This document shows, piece by piece, positions 9,706-20,064 of a stretch of DNA of 64,000 bases; positions within the stretch are counted from its first letter, which is position 1, and every line of letters begins with the position of its first letter. Location: assembly GCA_018819285.1 (NCBI GenBank), contig JAHJQM010000010.1:10930-74929 (forward strand). Reading direction: 5' to 3'. Origin of the DNA: Candidatus Omnitrophota bacterium. Lineage in GTDB: Bacteria > Omnitrophota > Gorgyraeia > Gorgyraeales > Gorgyraeaceae. Made by a program: the position numbers and the translations under genes. The notes under the pieces are model-generated. The model was given only the letters and a program-made list of their open reading frames with translations. It was not told where the DNA came from and searched no databases.

Positions 9706-10707
9706 ATGATTAAGATTGCCCTTGATGCCATGGGTTCCGATAATGCCCCGTTTTCAGACGTAGAAGGAGCTGTTTTAGCAGCCCGTGAATTTAATTACGA
9801 GATTACATTGGTGGGGAATCAGGATTCAATAAAAAAAGAGCTCGAAAAATACAAACCCATTCCTTCCAATATATCAATACATCATGCCTCTGAAGTTATT
9901 GGAATGCATGAGCAGCCTGTTTTAAGCGTAAGAAGAAAAAAAGATTCATCTATAGTTAGTCTCTCTAATCTTGCAAAAGAGAAAAAGGTAGATGCAATAG
10001 TAAGCGCTGGCAATACCGGAGCCATGGTATGCGCTGCAACGCTTAAATGCAGGCTTCTTCAGGGCATAGAAAGGGCTGGGATAGGGATTGTTATGCCTAC
10101 TCTTAAAGGCCCTATAGTGATGATAGACGGAGGCGCTAATATAGATGCTAAACCATCTCATCTTTTACAATATGGCATCATGGCCAGCGCTTATTCAGAA
10201 TATATACTTAATAAAAAATCTCCGAGAGTAGGGCTTTTAAATGTAGGCGAAGAAGAATCAAAAGGCACAGGTTTTCTAAAGGAAACTTACAGCCTTCTTG
10301 AGTCTTCAGGGCTTAATTTTATAGGCAATGTAGAAGGCAGGGATTTTTTTGTTGGCGATTGTGATGTAATAGTATGCGATGGGCTTGTGGGCAATGTAGC
10401 TTTAAAGGTTACTGAAGCAGTTGCTCATGCGCTTGGAGAAATGCTTAAGAAAGAATTAAAGAGCAGCTTCTTGTCCGCAGTGGGAGCTCTGCTGGCTAAA
10501 AATGCTTTCATGTCAATGAAGAAAAAAATGGATTACGCTGAGCATGGCGGGGCTCCGCTTCTCGGGGTTAACGGTGTATGTATAATAGGACATGGTTCAT
10601 CGAATCCTAAGGCAATAAAAAACGCTATTCGAGTTGCAGGAGAAGAGGTAGTTAAAAACGTAAATCAGCATATCATAGAAGCGATTGCTATCAGGAAGGA
10701 GCAATAA
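9706..10707 (+). CDS. plsX: Phosphate acyltransferase PlsX
   Basis: IALDAMGSD, SAGNTGA, NVGEEESKG and GGAPLLG motifs. Confidence 0.97.
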   Translation: MIKIALDAMGSDNAPFSDVEGAVLAAREFNYEITLVGNQDSIKKELEKYKPIPSNISIHHASEVIGMHEQPVLSVRRKKDSSIVSLSNLAKEKKVDAIVSAGNTGAMVCAATLKCRLLQGIERAGIGIVMPTLKGPIVMIDGGANIDAKPSHLLQYGIMASAYSEYILNKKSPRVGLLNVGEEESKGTGFLKETYSLLESSGLNFIGNVEGRDFFVGDCDVIVCDGLVGNVALKVTEAVAHALGEMLKKELKSSFLSAVGALLAKNAFMSMKKKMDYAEHGGAPLLGVNGVCIIGHGSSNPKAIKNAIRVAGEEVVKNVNQHIIEAIAIRKEQ

Positions 10708-11684
10708 TGGAACAGGCTGGCATACTTGGATTAGGTTGTTATCTACCAGTCATGAAGCTGACAAATAAAGACTTGGAAAAAATGGTTGATACATCAGACG
10801 AATGGATAATGACAAGGACCGGGATTAAAGAAAGAAGGATTGCCCCAAAGGAATTTGCTGCGAGCGATCTGGGAGTGGAGGCTGCCAGAGCTGCCATTAA
10901 AGACGCAGGACTGGTTTCTGAAGACATAGATTTGATTATTGTTACTACAGTAACTGGAGATATGGCATTTCCATCTACCTCATGTATCATACAGGATAAG
11001 ATAGGCGCTTATAACTCAGCCGCATTTGATATAAATGCAGCGTGTTCAGGTTTTATATTCGGGATAATTACTGCGAAACAATTTGTGGATTCAGGACTTT
11101 ATAAAAATGTGCTGGTTATAGGCGCAGAGAAGATGACTAATCTTGTTGACTGGCAAGATCGGTCTACGTGTGTATTGTTCGGAGACGGAGCAGGCGCATG
11201 CGTTATAGGAAAGAGTAAAGATAGACGGATTATCTCTCATTTTATAGGCTGCGATGGTTCAGGCAGTAATCTTTTAAAACTTCCAGCAGGAGGCTCCAGG
11301 ATTCCTACAACAGAAGAGACTGTTAAGGCCAAGCTTCATTTTTTAAAAATGGAAGGCAACGAGATATTTAAGATTGCGGTAAAGGTAATGGCAGATGCTG
11401 CGAATAAGGCAATTACAAAAGCAGGGCTTTTATGCAGCGATATAGATTTACTGATACCTCATCAGGCAAATATAAGGATATTAATGGCTGTTGCAAAAAA
11501 GATGGGCTTGCCGGAAAAAAAGATTTTTCTTAATATAGAAAAATACGGCAATATGTCATCGGCTTCAACAGCTGTTGCGCTGGTAGAGGCAAATAAAGAA
11601 CAGAGGATTAAAAAAGGCGATAATGTCGCGCTTGTTGCATTTGGAGCAGGGTTGACTTACGGAGCAGTAGTCATAAAATGGTAA
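10707..11684 (+). CDS. fabH: 3-oxoacyl-ACP synthase III
   Basis: AACSGF, FGDGAGA, PHQAN and YGNMSSAS motifs. Confidence 0.97.
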   Translation: MEQAGILGLGCYLPVMKLTNKDLEKMVDTSDEWIMTRTGIKERRIAPKEFAASDLGVEAARAAIKDAGLVSEDIDLIIVTTVTGDMAFPSTSCIIQDKIGAYNSAAFDINAACSGFIFGIITAKQFVDSGLYKNVLVIGAEKMTNLVDWQDRSTCVLFGDGAGACVIGKSKDRRIISHFIGCDGSGSNLLKLPAGGSRIPTTEETVKAKLHFLKMEGNEIFKIAVKVMADAANKAITKAGLLCSDIDLLIPHQANIRILMAVAKKMGLPEKKIFLNIEKYGNMSSASTAVALVEANKEQRIKKGDNVALVAFGAGLTYGAVVIKW

Positions 11685-12613
11685 AAAATATTTGCTTTAT
11701 TTTTCCGGGGCAAGGGTCGCAGTATGTTGGAATGGGAAAAAAACTGTATGATAATTCTCCGGAAGCAAAGGCTATATTTGACCAGGCAGAAAAAATTTTA
11801 CCAGGATTAGATCTGAAGAAGCTCTGTTTTGAAGGCCCGATCGAAGAATTGACACAGACGGCAAATAGTCAAGTTGCGATTTTAACTGCGAGCATAGCTG
11901 CATTACAGGCCTTAGGCTCCGATCTCAAGCCTGTTTTTTGCGCTGGATTAAGCCTGGGAGAATACAGCGCTTTGGTTGCAAGCGGAGTTTTAGAATTTTC
12001 AGATGCTATCCGGCTAGTGAGACGAAGAGGGGAATTAATGGAACAGGCAGCTTTAAATAATCCAGGAACCATGGCGTCTATACTTGGAATTTTCGTAGAA
12101 GATCTGAAAGAAATCTGTAAAAAGACAGACTCTGAGATAGCAAATCTAAATTGTCCGGGACAGATAGTTATATCAGGAAAAAAAGAATCTGTTCAAAAAG
12201 CCATGGCCCTGGCTGAGCAAAAAGGCGCTAAAAAGGCAATTATATTAAATGTAAGCGGGCCTTTTCATTCTTCATTTATGAAAGAAGCTGCAGAGGAGTT
12301 TAAAAAAGAGCTTGGTAAAACAAGATTTTCCAGCCCTAAAGTCTCTATTATAAGCAATGTAACAGCTGATTGTGAAAACAGAGTGGAGTTCATAAAAGAA
12401 AACCTTGTGAAACAATTATACAGCCCTGTGAGATGGGAAGAGTCTATATTGAAAATCAGCCAAGAAGGCTGCGATACGTTTTTTGAGATAGGGCCTGGAA
12501 AGGTGCTAAAAGGGCTTTTGCGTAGAATAAATCCGGAATTAACAGTTTATAATATAGAAACTATAGAAGATATAAAAAACCTTATTTCTATCCCGATCGA
12601 CAAACGGAATTAA
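11678..12613 (+). CDS. fabD: Malonyl-CoA:ACP transacylase
   Basis: FPGQGSQ, GLSLGEY and SGPFHS motifs. Confidence 0.97.
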   Translation: MVKNICFIFPGQGSQYVGMGKKLYDNSPEAKAIFDQAEKILPGLDLKKLCFEGPIEELTQTANSQVAILTASIAALQALGSDLKPVFCAGLSLGEYSALVASGVLEFSDAIRLVRRRGELMEQAALNNPGTMASILGIFVEDLKEICKKTDSEIANLNCPGQIVISGKKESVQKAMALAEQKGAKKAIILNVSGPFHSSFMKEAAEEFKKELGKTRFSSPKVSIISNVTADCENRVEFIKENLVKQLYSPVRWEESILKISQEGCDTFFEIGPGKVLKGLLRRINPELTVYNIETIEDIKNLISIPIDKRN

Positions 12614-12626
12614 GAAAGGAATGATT

Positions 12627-13376
12627 ATGTGCGAATTAGTTTTAGAAGGCAAGCTGGCTATTGTAACAGGAGGAGCGAGAGGTATTGGCAAGGAGATAGC
12701 AATGCTCTTTGCAAAACAAGGAGCCAATATCGCCATATGCGATGTAAATCTGGAAGAGGCTGAAAAAACAGCAAAAGAAATACAGGATTCAGGCCGTGAA
12801 AGCCTTGCTTTTAAGGTTGACGTTACTGACCAAAGCCAAATACAGGACATGGTGGATAAAATTCTTGACAAATTCAATAAAATAGATATACTTATTAACA
12901 ATGCTGGCATAACAAAAGACAATCTTCTTCTAAGGATGTCAGAAGAGGAGTGGGATAAGGTAATAGCAGTAAACCTTAAAGGCACTTTTCTATGCACGAA
13001 GATAGTTTCAAAGGTTATGCTCAAGCAGCGTTTTGGCAAGATAGTTAATCTTGCGTCGATCATTGGAATCATGGGCAATGCAGGCCAGGCAAATTACGCA
13101 GCTTCAAAGGCAGGTATAATAGGACTTACAAAAAGCGTGGCAAAAGAACTGGCTTCGCGTAATATATGCGTAAATGCAATAGCCCCAGGATTTATAAAGA
13201 CAGACATGACAGCCAGATTGGCTGAAGAGGTCCAGAAGAAAATGCTTTCCGTGATCCCTCTTGCAAGATTTGGCGAAGCAAAAGATGTGGCGGATTTAGC
13301 AATATTCCTTTCGAGCGAAAGCTCTTCATATATAACAGGCCAGGTGATACAGGTAGATGGCGGAATGGTGATGTGA
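12627..13376 (+). CDS. fabG: 3-oxoacyl-ACP reductase
   Basis: TGGARGIG, NNAGITKD and YAASK SDR motifs; start could alternatively be 12621. Confidence 0.96.
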   Translation: MCELVLEGKLAIVTGGARGIGKEIAMLFAKQGANIAICDVNLEEAEKTAKEIQDSGRESLAFKVDVTDQSQIQDMVDKILDKFNKIDILINNAGITKDNLLLRMSEEEWDKVIAVNLKGTFLCTKIVSKVMLKQRFGKIVNLASIIGIMGNAGQANYAASKAGIIGLTKSVAKELASRNICVNAIAPGFIKTDMTARLAEEVQKKMLSVIPLARFGEAKDVADLAIFLSSESSSYITGQVIQVDGGMVM

Positions 13377-13385
13377 AAATAAAAA

Positions 13386-13457
13386 GTTAGTTAAAAGTGA
13401 AAGGTGAAAAATTAAAGGTTTTTACCTTATACTTTAAGCTTTATACCTTTAACCAAC
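13386..13457. repeat. Heptamer-repeat imperfect hairpin (family F, copy 1)
   Basis: gttagttaaaagtgaaaggtgaaaaattaaagg ... ccttatactttaagctttatacctttaaccaac; A-rich roughly 7-nt units mirrored by T-rich units. Confidence 0.6.
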
Positions 13458-13482
13458 ATTTGTACTTAAGGAGGAATTAAAC

Positions 13483-13722
13483 ATGGCAGTTGCTGAAAAA
13501 GTAAAATCAATAATAGCAGAGCAGCTTGGCGTGAAGCAAGAAGAGGTGACTCCAGAGGCATCTTTTATAGACGATCTTGGCGCAGATTCTCTTGATACAG
13601 TAGAGCTCGTAATGGCTCTTGAAGAAGAATTTGGCATAGAGATTCCTGATGAAGATGCTGAAAAGATAACCACTGTAGGCGATGCTGTCAAGTATATAGA
13701 AGAAAAAGGCACCAAAAAGTAA
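13483..13722 (+). CDS. acpP: Acyl carrier protein
   Basis: [14 protein letters not shown] motif; GGAGG SD. Confidence 0.98.
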   Translation: MAVAEKVKSIIAEQLGVKQEEVTPEASFIDDLGADSLDTVELVMALEEEFGIEIPDEDAEKITTVGDAVKYIEEKGTKK

Positions 13723-13737
13723 TATTTTGAATACATG

Positions 13738-13791
13738 GGGTTAGGAGGGGTATTGAATTGGTTTTTAAATCTCTTCTGACCCTTTATTTTT
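13738..13791 (+). terminator. Possible intrinsic terminator/processing hairpin between acpP and fabF
   Basis: gggttaggaggg pairs with ctcttctgaccc using G-U pairs, followed by tttattttt. Confidence 0.45.
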
Positions 13792-13802
13792 AAGGACTAT
13801 CT

Positions 13803-15038
13803 ATGAAACGCAGAGTTGTTGTGACAGGGTTGGGTGTGATTTCTCCGATAGGATGCGCTAAAGAGGATTTCTGGACTAACCTTATAAAAGGAAAGAGCGG
13901 CATAGGGCCTCTGACTTATTTTGACGCTAGCCAATATGAATCCCGCATTGCAGGAGAGATTAAGGATTTTGCGCCACACCCTTTTATTTCTGTTAAAGAC
14001 CTCAGAAGAATGGAGAAATTTGTACAGTTTGGCGTAACTGCTGCGAAAAACGCTATTGATGATTCAGGCCTTGACGTATCAAAGGAAGATCCGTATAAAA
14101 TAGGCGTTATAGTGGGTTCAGGAATAGGAAGCCTGAGAATAATAGAGGAAGAGCATAAAGTAATACTTGAAAAAGGGCCATCCCGCATGACCCCGTTTCT
14201 TATCCCAATGCTTATTGTAAATATGGCAGCAGGCCATATATCTATTATGATAGGCGTTAAAGGCCCGAATCTCTGCACTACAACAGCGTGTGCGTCTGGT
14301 TCTCACGCTATAGGTGAAGCAATGAGGATTATTCAATACGGCGACGCAGATGTTATGATAGCAGGCGGAACAGAGAGCTGCATTACTGCTCTTGGTATAG
14401 GAGGCTTTTGCGCATTAAGAGCTCTTTCTACTAGAAATAAGGATCCAGAAAGAGCTTCCAGGCCTTTTGATAAAGATAGAGATGGCTTTGTAATGTCAGA
14501 AGGCTGCGGTATTGTAATTTTGGAAGAATTGGAACACGCAAAGAAAAGAAACGCTAAGATATATAGCGAGATAGTTGGCTATGGCATGACCGGAGACGCG
14601 TATCATATGACAGCGCCGGATCCTGAAGGAAGGGGAGCTTCTAGGTGCATGGTAAATGCGCTGAAAGACGGTAGCCTGAAACCCGAAGATATTTCCTATA
14701 TAAATGCCCATGGCACATCCACAATGCTCAATGATAAAGTAGAGACTATGGCGATAAAGAAAGTATTTGGAAACCATGCAAAAAAAGTAGCTGTTTCATC
14801 TACAAAATCAATGCTAGGCCATCAATTAGGCGCAGCAGGAGCTGTAGAATTTGTCATCTGCTGCCTTTCCATAGAAAGAGGTATTATTCCTCCTACAATA
14901 AACTACGAAACCCCAGACCCAGATTGCGACCTTGACTATGTGCCCAATAAGGCGCGCCAGTTAAAGGTCAATACCTGCCTATCAAATTCTCTTGGCTTTG
15001 GTGGCCACAATGCCACGCTCTGCGTAAAAAAGATATAA
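13803..15038 (+). CDS. fabF: 3-oxoacyl-ACP synthase II
   Basis: TACASG, NAHGTST, KSMLGH and GFGGHN motifs. Confidence 0.97.
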   Translation: MKRRVVVTGLGVISPIGCAKEDFWTNLIKGKSGIGPLTYFDASQYESRIAGEIKDFAPHPFISVKDLRRMEKFVQFGVTAAKNAIDDSGLDVSKEDPYKIGVIVGSGIGSLRIIEEEHKVILEKGPSRMTPFLIPMLIVNMAAGHISIMIGVKGPNLCTTTACASGSHAIGEAMRIIQYGDADVMIAGGTESCITALGIGGFCALRALSTRNKDPERASRPFDKDRDGFVMSEGCGIVILEELEHAKKRNAKIYSEIVGYGMTGDAYHMTAPDPEGRGASRCMVNALKDGSLKPEDISYINAHGTSTMLNDKVETMAIKKVFGNHAKKVAVSSTKSMLGHQLGAAGAVEFVICCLSIERGIIPPTINYETPDPDCDLDYVPNKARQLKVNTCLSNSLGFGGHNATLCVKKI

Positions 15039-15072
15039 ATATCTCCGGCATTATAATCTGACCTTTTTTTAA

Positions 15073-15102
15073 TTGATTTAATAATTCAGTTGGAACTATA
15101 CT
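15073..15102 (+). promoter_or_regulatory. Putative sigma70 promoter of the T2SS operon (likely leaderless)
   Basis: TTGATT-18-TATACT, 6 nt before ATG 15109, no SD. Confidence 0.5.
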
Positions 15103-15108
15103 GAATTA

Positions 15109-16635
15109 ATGCTCGTCTCTAAATCTACGCCTTTTATTAAGCTGAAAAATCTCAAAATAAAGCCTGATATATTTGAAAAGATCCCTGCCAAAGTTGCATG
15201 CCATTATAAAGTTATGCCAATAAAATTTGAAAAAAATACGCTTATAGTGGCCATAGAAGATCCGCTAAATCTGATGGTTTTGGATGATATAAGTTTATTT
15301 TTAGGATTTAAAATAGTGCCTGTGTGCGCGAGCCTTTCTGATATATTAGAAGCTATTAAAGAGTACTATGGTCTGGGAGCCGAAACAATAGAGGAGATAA
15401 TAGGCGCAGGCGATATGGATAAGGATTTACCAGCGCAAAAAGCCGGGATAGAAAATATAGATGAAATGGCTCAGGACGCATCTGTAGTGAAGTTTGTGAA
15501 TCAGATGCTCGCACAGGCTGTAAAAGATGATGCTACGGACATACATATAGAACCTTACGAAAATGAGCTTAGAGCCAGGTATAGGGTGGATGGTATTTTA
15601 TATGATGTGGCTATACCTCAAAATATAACATATTTTAAATCAGCCATAGTCTCTAGGATAAAGATTATGGCTGATCTGGATATCGCAGAGCGCCGCCTTC
15701 CTCAGGATGGCAGAATAAAGATTAAGGTATCTGGCCAGGAAATAGACCTCAGGGTGTCTATATTGCCCACGCAATTCGGAGAAAGCATAGATATTAGAAT
15801 CCTTATCAGTTCTATGCTTTATAGTCTGGAAAATCTGGGATTATCGCCTGCTGATATCGAGCTATTGGAAAAACTTATAAAAAAGCCGCATGGAATTATT
15901 TTTATTACAGGGCCTACTGGCGGCGGCAAAACTACCACTCTTTATGCGTGTTTATCAAAAATAAATAATAAAGACAAAAAAATCATTACTATAGAAGATC
16001 CTATAGAATACCAGTTAAAAGGCATTACTCAGATACAGGTTCATCCAAAGATAAGATTAGATTTTGCAGCAGGGTTAAGGTCTATGTTAAGGCATGACCC
16101 TGATATTATGATGGTGGGAGAAGTCAGGGATTTCGAAACAGCAGAAATAACGATCAGAGTTGCTTTGACAGGGCATTTGGTATTTAGCACGCTTCATACC
16201 AATGATGCAGCAGGGGGCGTAACCAGGCTTTTAGATATGGGCGTTGAGCCATATCTAGTGGCAAGTTCAGTGGAATGTTTTATTGCACAGAGGCTTGTCA
16301 GGGTTATCTGTCCTGATTGCAAAACCAGGATAGGACCAAATGAAGAAATTTTGAAGGAATTTGGAATTGATAATATAGATAATGGAAAAATTTACGAAGC
16401 GAAAGGTTGCAAATCCTGCAAATTTACAGGATATAAAGGCAGGACTGCGATATATGAGTTTTTAATCATGAAGGATGAAATTCGAGAGATGGTTCTAAAC
16501 CGCTCATCGTCAAGCGAGATAAAAAATAAAGCATTGGAACTTGGAATGCGCACTCTTCGGATGGATGGCTTGAAAAAGATAAAAAAAGGTTTAACTACTT
16601 TTAACGAAGTAATAAGAGTTACTAAAGAGGATTAA
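15109..16635 (+). CDS. gspE: Type II secretion/type IV pilus assembly ATPase (GspE/PilB family)
   Basis: TDIHIEP, RRLPQDG, GPTGGGKTT, LRHDPD, TGHLVFSTLHTND and CxxC...CxxC motifs. Confidence 0.92.
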   Translation: MLVSKSTPFIKLKNLKIKPDIFEKIPAKVACHYKVMPIKFEKNTLIVAIEDPLNLMVLDDISLFLGFKIVPVCASLSDILEAIKEYYGLGAETIEEIIGAGDMDKDLPAQKAGIENIDEMAQDASVVKFVNQMLAQAVKDDATDIHIEPYENELRARYRVDGILYDVAIPQNITYFKSAIVSRIKIMADLDIAERRLPQDGRIKIKVSGQEIDLRVSILPTQFGESIDIRILISSMLYSLENLGLSPADIELLEKLIKKPHGIIFITGPTGGGKTTTLYACLSKINNKDKKIITIEDPIEYQLKGITQIQVHPKIRLDFAAGLRSMLRHDPDIMMVGEVRDFETAEITIRVALTGHLVFSTLHTNDAAGGVTRLLDMGVEPYLVASSVECFIAQRLVRVICPDCKTRIGPNEEILKEFGIDNIDNGKIYEAKGCKSCKFTGYKGRTAIYEFLIMKDEIREMVLNRSSSSEIKNKALELGMRTLRMDGLKKIKKGLTTFNEVIRVTKED

Positions 16636-16637
16636 TA

Positions 16638-17870
16638 GTGCCTAGGTTTATATATCGAGTAAAAAAAGGGCCAGAGGAAAACTTAGAAGGCGCTATTGAG
16701 GCAGATTCAGAGAATGCAGCTGTTAATAAATTGATCCAATCTGGGTATTATCCTGTATGGGTTACAGAGAAGGAGAGTTTTGTACGAAAATCTTTTATTT
16801 CATACGGGAAGAGTCGAGAAGATTTATATAGGGTAAAGATTAAAACAAAGGAAACGGCTAATTTTACAAGGCGCCTATCAGAACTTTTAGGCTCAGGCCT
16901 TGCGCTTTATAATGCATTAGGTGTAATTGAGAATCAGACGGAAAATAATAATTTAAAACTGATAATAGGGACTGTTAAGAGCCGCATAAAAGATGGAAAA
17001 AAATTTTCAGAGGCATTGGAAAATTATCCTTATATTTTTTCAGAGCTATGCGTAAACCTTGTGCGTTCAGGAGAAGAATCAGGTTTAGTGAACGAGGTGC
17101 TGGAGAATATATCGGATTTCCTGGATAAGGATGAAGATATGAGGTCCAAGGTCATTGTAGCGTTGGCGTATCCTGGCCTGATGGCAATAGTAGGCCTTGC
17201 CACAGTATTTATTCTAGTTATATTCATTGTCCCGAGATTAGTTAATATCTTCATAGAAATGGGCGAAGAGTTGCCGCTGGTGACCAGGATACTTTTAAGG
17301 ATAAGCGATTTCATAAAGGCTTATTGGATTTTATTAATCCTTTTCATGGGAGGCTTGATCTTTTTACTTAAGAGTGGCAAGTTAAACCCTATTGCAAAAA
17401 ATAAAATAGACAGGATCAAGTTAAGATTACCTATTTTAGGAGATCTTGTAAGAAATGTAGAATTTGCAAGATTTTCCAGGACTCTTTCCATGCTTCTCAA
17501 AAACGGGGTTCCGATATTGGATTCTTTAAAGATTACTTCAGGGGTGGTAACAAATAATGCGATAAGAAGAGATATAAGCGCTATTCATAATGATGTTAAG
17601 CTAGGACTGAGTCTTGCTACGGCAATGAAAAAAAGAGAATGCTTTCCTTTGTTTTTAGCGAATATGGCAGCAGTGGGAGAAGAGGGCGGTTTCCTGGATA
17701 AGGCATTGTTTAATATCGCGCGTAATTATGAAATAGAATCAGATAAGACTATGAAAACACTAACAGCTTTTTTGGAGCCGGCTTTTATTCTGATAATGGG
17801 CCTAGTGGTTGGTTTTATAGTAATTAGCATGCTTTTGCCGGTATTTCAGATATCACTGGTAACACATTGA
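16638..17870 (+). CDS. gspF: Type II secretion inner-membrane platform protein (GspF/PilC)
   Basis: Two T2SSF repeats (GEESG...LAYP; GEEGG...LEP) with TM helices. Confidence 0.92.
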   Translation: MPRFIYRVKKGPEENLEGAIEADSENAAVNKLIQSGYYPVWVTEKESFVRKSFISYGKSREDLYRVKIKTKETANFTRRLSELLGSGLALYNALGVIENQTENNNLKLIIGTVKSRIKDGKKFSEALENYPYIFSELCVNLVRSGEESGLVNEVLENISDFLDKDEDMRSKVIVALAYPGLMAIVGLATVFILVIFIVPRLVNIFIEMGEELPLVTRILLRISDFIKAYWILLILFMGGLIFLLKSGKLNPIAKNKIDRIKLRLPILGDLVRNVEFARFSRTLSMLLKNGVPILDSLKITSGVVTNNAIRRDISAIHNDVKLGLSLATAMKKRECFPLFLANMAAVGEEGGFLDKALFNIARNYEIESDKTMKTLTAFLEPAFILIMGLVVGFIVISMLLPVFQISLVTH

Positions 17871-17883
17871 AATGGAGGGTTGG

Positions 17884-18300
17884 ATGAAAACTAAAAAAGG
17901 TTTTACCTTGATCGAATTAATGCTGGTTGTAATCATTATTGGCGTGCTCGTTTCAATGGTAGTCCCGAGACTTGTTGGGCGATCAGAAGAGGCCAGAGTA
18001 GCTGCTAGTAAGGCAGATATAAATGCCAACATCTCAGTTGCGTTTGATTTATATGAGCTGGATAACGGAAAATATCCTACTACAGAAGAGGGGCTAAGGG
18101 TATTACTTACAAAGCCTGCTTCAGCTGTAAAATGGAAAGGCCCTTACCTTAAAAAAGAACCCATTGATCCATGGGGAAGAAAATATCTATACAGGTCTCC
18201 AGGCGATCATGTTAGTGATTATGATCTTTATTCTTATGGCCCTGATGGGATAGAAGGCGGAGGAGACGATGTTACTAACTGGGAAGAGGCAAAAATGTGA
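17884..18300 (+). CDS. gspG: Major pseudopilin GspG
   Basis: KKG|FTLIELMLVV prepilin site, YPTTEEGL, WKGPYL, DPWG and SYGPDG motifs. Confidence 0.95.
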   Translation: MKTKKGFTLIELMLVVIIIGVLVSMVVPRLVGRSEEARVAASKADINANISVAFDLYELDNGKYPTTEEGLRVLLTKPASAVKWKGPYLKKEPIDPWGRKYLYRSPGDHVSDYDLYSYGPDGIEGGGDDVTNWEEAKM

Positions 18301-18637
18301 AGGTTTCTTATTGCTTGAGATAATGATAAGCGTTTTAATATTATCTATAGGGGTTGTATCGGTATTGAGTTCTTTCGCAGGTCTAATAAGGGCGACAGAG
18401 CTTTCAAAGAGTTATTTTAAGGCAGGTCTTCTTCTGGAAGAAAAATTGTTAGAGTTTTATAATAGCGATATCGAAGAAGGTATATCAAGAGGAGAGTTTA
18501 GCGATTTTGACAACAGATTTTCATGGGATCTGGATGTGGTTAAATCAGAAGACGGTTTTTGCAAAGAAGTTAGCCTGAAGGTTCTATGGCGCGAAAAAGA
18601 TAAAGAAAAAGATTTATCTGTCTTAACATATATATGA
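18269..18637 (+). CDS. Minor pseudopilin (GspI-like)
   Basis: EG|FLLLEIMIS prepilin site; size and position. Confidence 0.75.
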   Translation: MLLTGKRQKCEGFLLLEIMISVLILSIGVVSVLSSFAGLIRATELSKSYFKAGLLLEEKLLEFYNSDIEEGISRGEFSDFDNRFSWDLDVVKSEDGFCKEVSLKVLWREKDKEKDLSVLTYI

Positions 18638-19224
18638 CACGCAGGTCTTTTGCTCTTATAGAACTTATAATTGCAACTGTGATGCTGGCCATCATAATTG
18701 TTTCCATATACAGCGTTTTTAGCGTGGGTATAAAGGCATGGCGCAGAGGAAGCGAAGGCAGAGATTTTCAGAAAATCAGGATAGGGCTTTTAAGAATGCA
18801 GAAAGAACTGCAAAACTCTTTCTTTTTTTCTGAAGTGCCTTTTAAAGGTGTTTCTAAAGAAATTATTTTTCCGATGGTCATATCCGGAGAGAATAGAGAC
18901 GACGTCTATGTAATTAATTATTATATAGCAGAAGACAGGGGTGACGGATACAGCGCTCTGAAGAAAAGAAAAACTCTTTTTATGGATAATAAGATTCCTG
19001 GAGAGAAAGATGCGGACGAGGTTGTATTTCTGGCGAATTCAATAAATTTTGAATATGCGTATGAATTAAAAAACGGATTGAAGGGTTTTAAATGGAAGGC
19101 TGCGTGGGGAGAATCCCAGAAAAAAAATCCTTTAGCAGTTAAGGTTAATTTTAGTCTAGGAGCAGATGAAGGCGTCTATCATAAGATAATATTTATTATG
19201 CAAGGGGCTTTGGGGATAGAATGA
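18634..19224 (+). CDS. Minor pseudopilin (GspJ-like)
   Basis: RRS|FALIELIIA prepilin-like site (Ser at -1); position before GspK. Confidence 0.7.
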   Translation: MTRRSFALIELIIATVMLAIIIVSIYSVFSVGIKAWRRGSEGRDFQKIRIGLLRMQKELQNSFFFSEVPFKGVSKEIIFPMVISGENRDDVYVINYYIAEDRGDGYSALKKRKTLFMDNKIPGEKDADEVVFLANSINFEYAYELKNGLKGFKWKAAWGESQKKNPLAVKVNFSLGADEGVYHKIIFIMQGALGIE

Positions 19225-20063
19225 AAAGCAAAAAGGCTAGCATATTAATATTTGTTATGTGGGCGCTTATAATTTTATCTTTATTAAGCATAACCGTTTC
19301 TTATAATTCCGCAGCTGATATAAAACTTGCTAAATATGAATCCTTGGGCATAAAATCGTTATATCTTGCAAAGGCCGGAATTGCAAAGATGATAATCGAA
19401 TTGAATAAAGATAAAAATAATTACGATAGCCTTAATGAAGATTGGAATAAAGAAAGGGAGTTTATATTAGGCGGGAGCAAGGTTATATACAGAGCTTGCG
19501 ATGAAGGAGCAAGGCTTAATCTTAACAGTTCAAATTTAAATAAGGAGTATTTAATTAGGCTAGGACTGGATGATGATGTATGTCAGGGGCTGTTGGGTTA
19601 CAGGATTAAAAAAGGAGAAAAGGGCTTCGAGTTTATGGAGGAGTTATTTTTGATAGATGGAATGACGCGAGATATCTATTTAAGCATAAAAGATTATATG
19701 ACAATTTATAGAGGTCTTGGCTCAAGAGTTAATATAAATACAGCTGACGAAAATATTTTAAAAATAGTTTTAGGAGATGACACCTTGATGATAAATAAAA
19801 TAATTACATACAAGGAAGGCAATGATGGCGAAATCTGCACCGAAGATGACGGGATATTTACAGAAGATAATTTCAGTTTTATATTTGAAAATTTTGGAGT
19901 TACACCTGAAGCTATTTTAAATTATCAGACTTTGTTTGATGTGAGCTCAGGATTTTTTAGAATACTGGCAGACGCATCTTTTTCAGAAGATAAGAGTCAG
20001 ATGAAGAGCGTTACGGCAATAGTAGATAAGTTAGGGAAAATTTATTATTGGGAAGAGGAGTAA
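19221..20063 (+). CDS. gspK: Minor pseudopilin GspK
   Basis: KKASILIFVMW N-terminus, YLAKAG, DEGARLNLN and VNINTA motifs. Confidence 0.85.
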   Translation: MKSKKASILIFVMWALIILSLLSITVSYNSAADIKLAKYESLGIKSLYLAKAGIAKMIIELNKDKNNYDSLNEDWNKEREFILGGSKVIYRACDEGARLNLNSSNLNKEYLIRLGLDDDVCQGLLGYRIKKGEKGFEFMEELFLIDGMTRDIYLSIKDYMTIYRGLGSRVNINTADENILKIVLGDDTLMINKIITYKEGNDGEICTEDDGIFTEDNFSFIFENFGVTPEAILNYQTLFDVSSGFFRILADASFSEDKSQMKSVTAIVDKLGKIYYWEEE

Positions 20064-20064
20064 G

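Noticed and set aside
15907-15939. GspE Walker A GPTGGGKT instead of GPTGSGKT
   Set aside because: Still fits GxxxxGKT; no reason to infer inactivity
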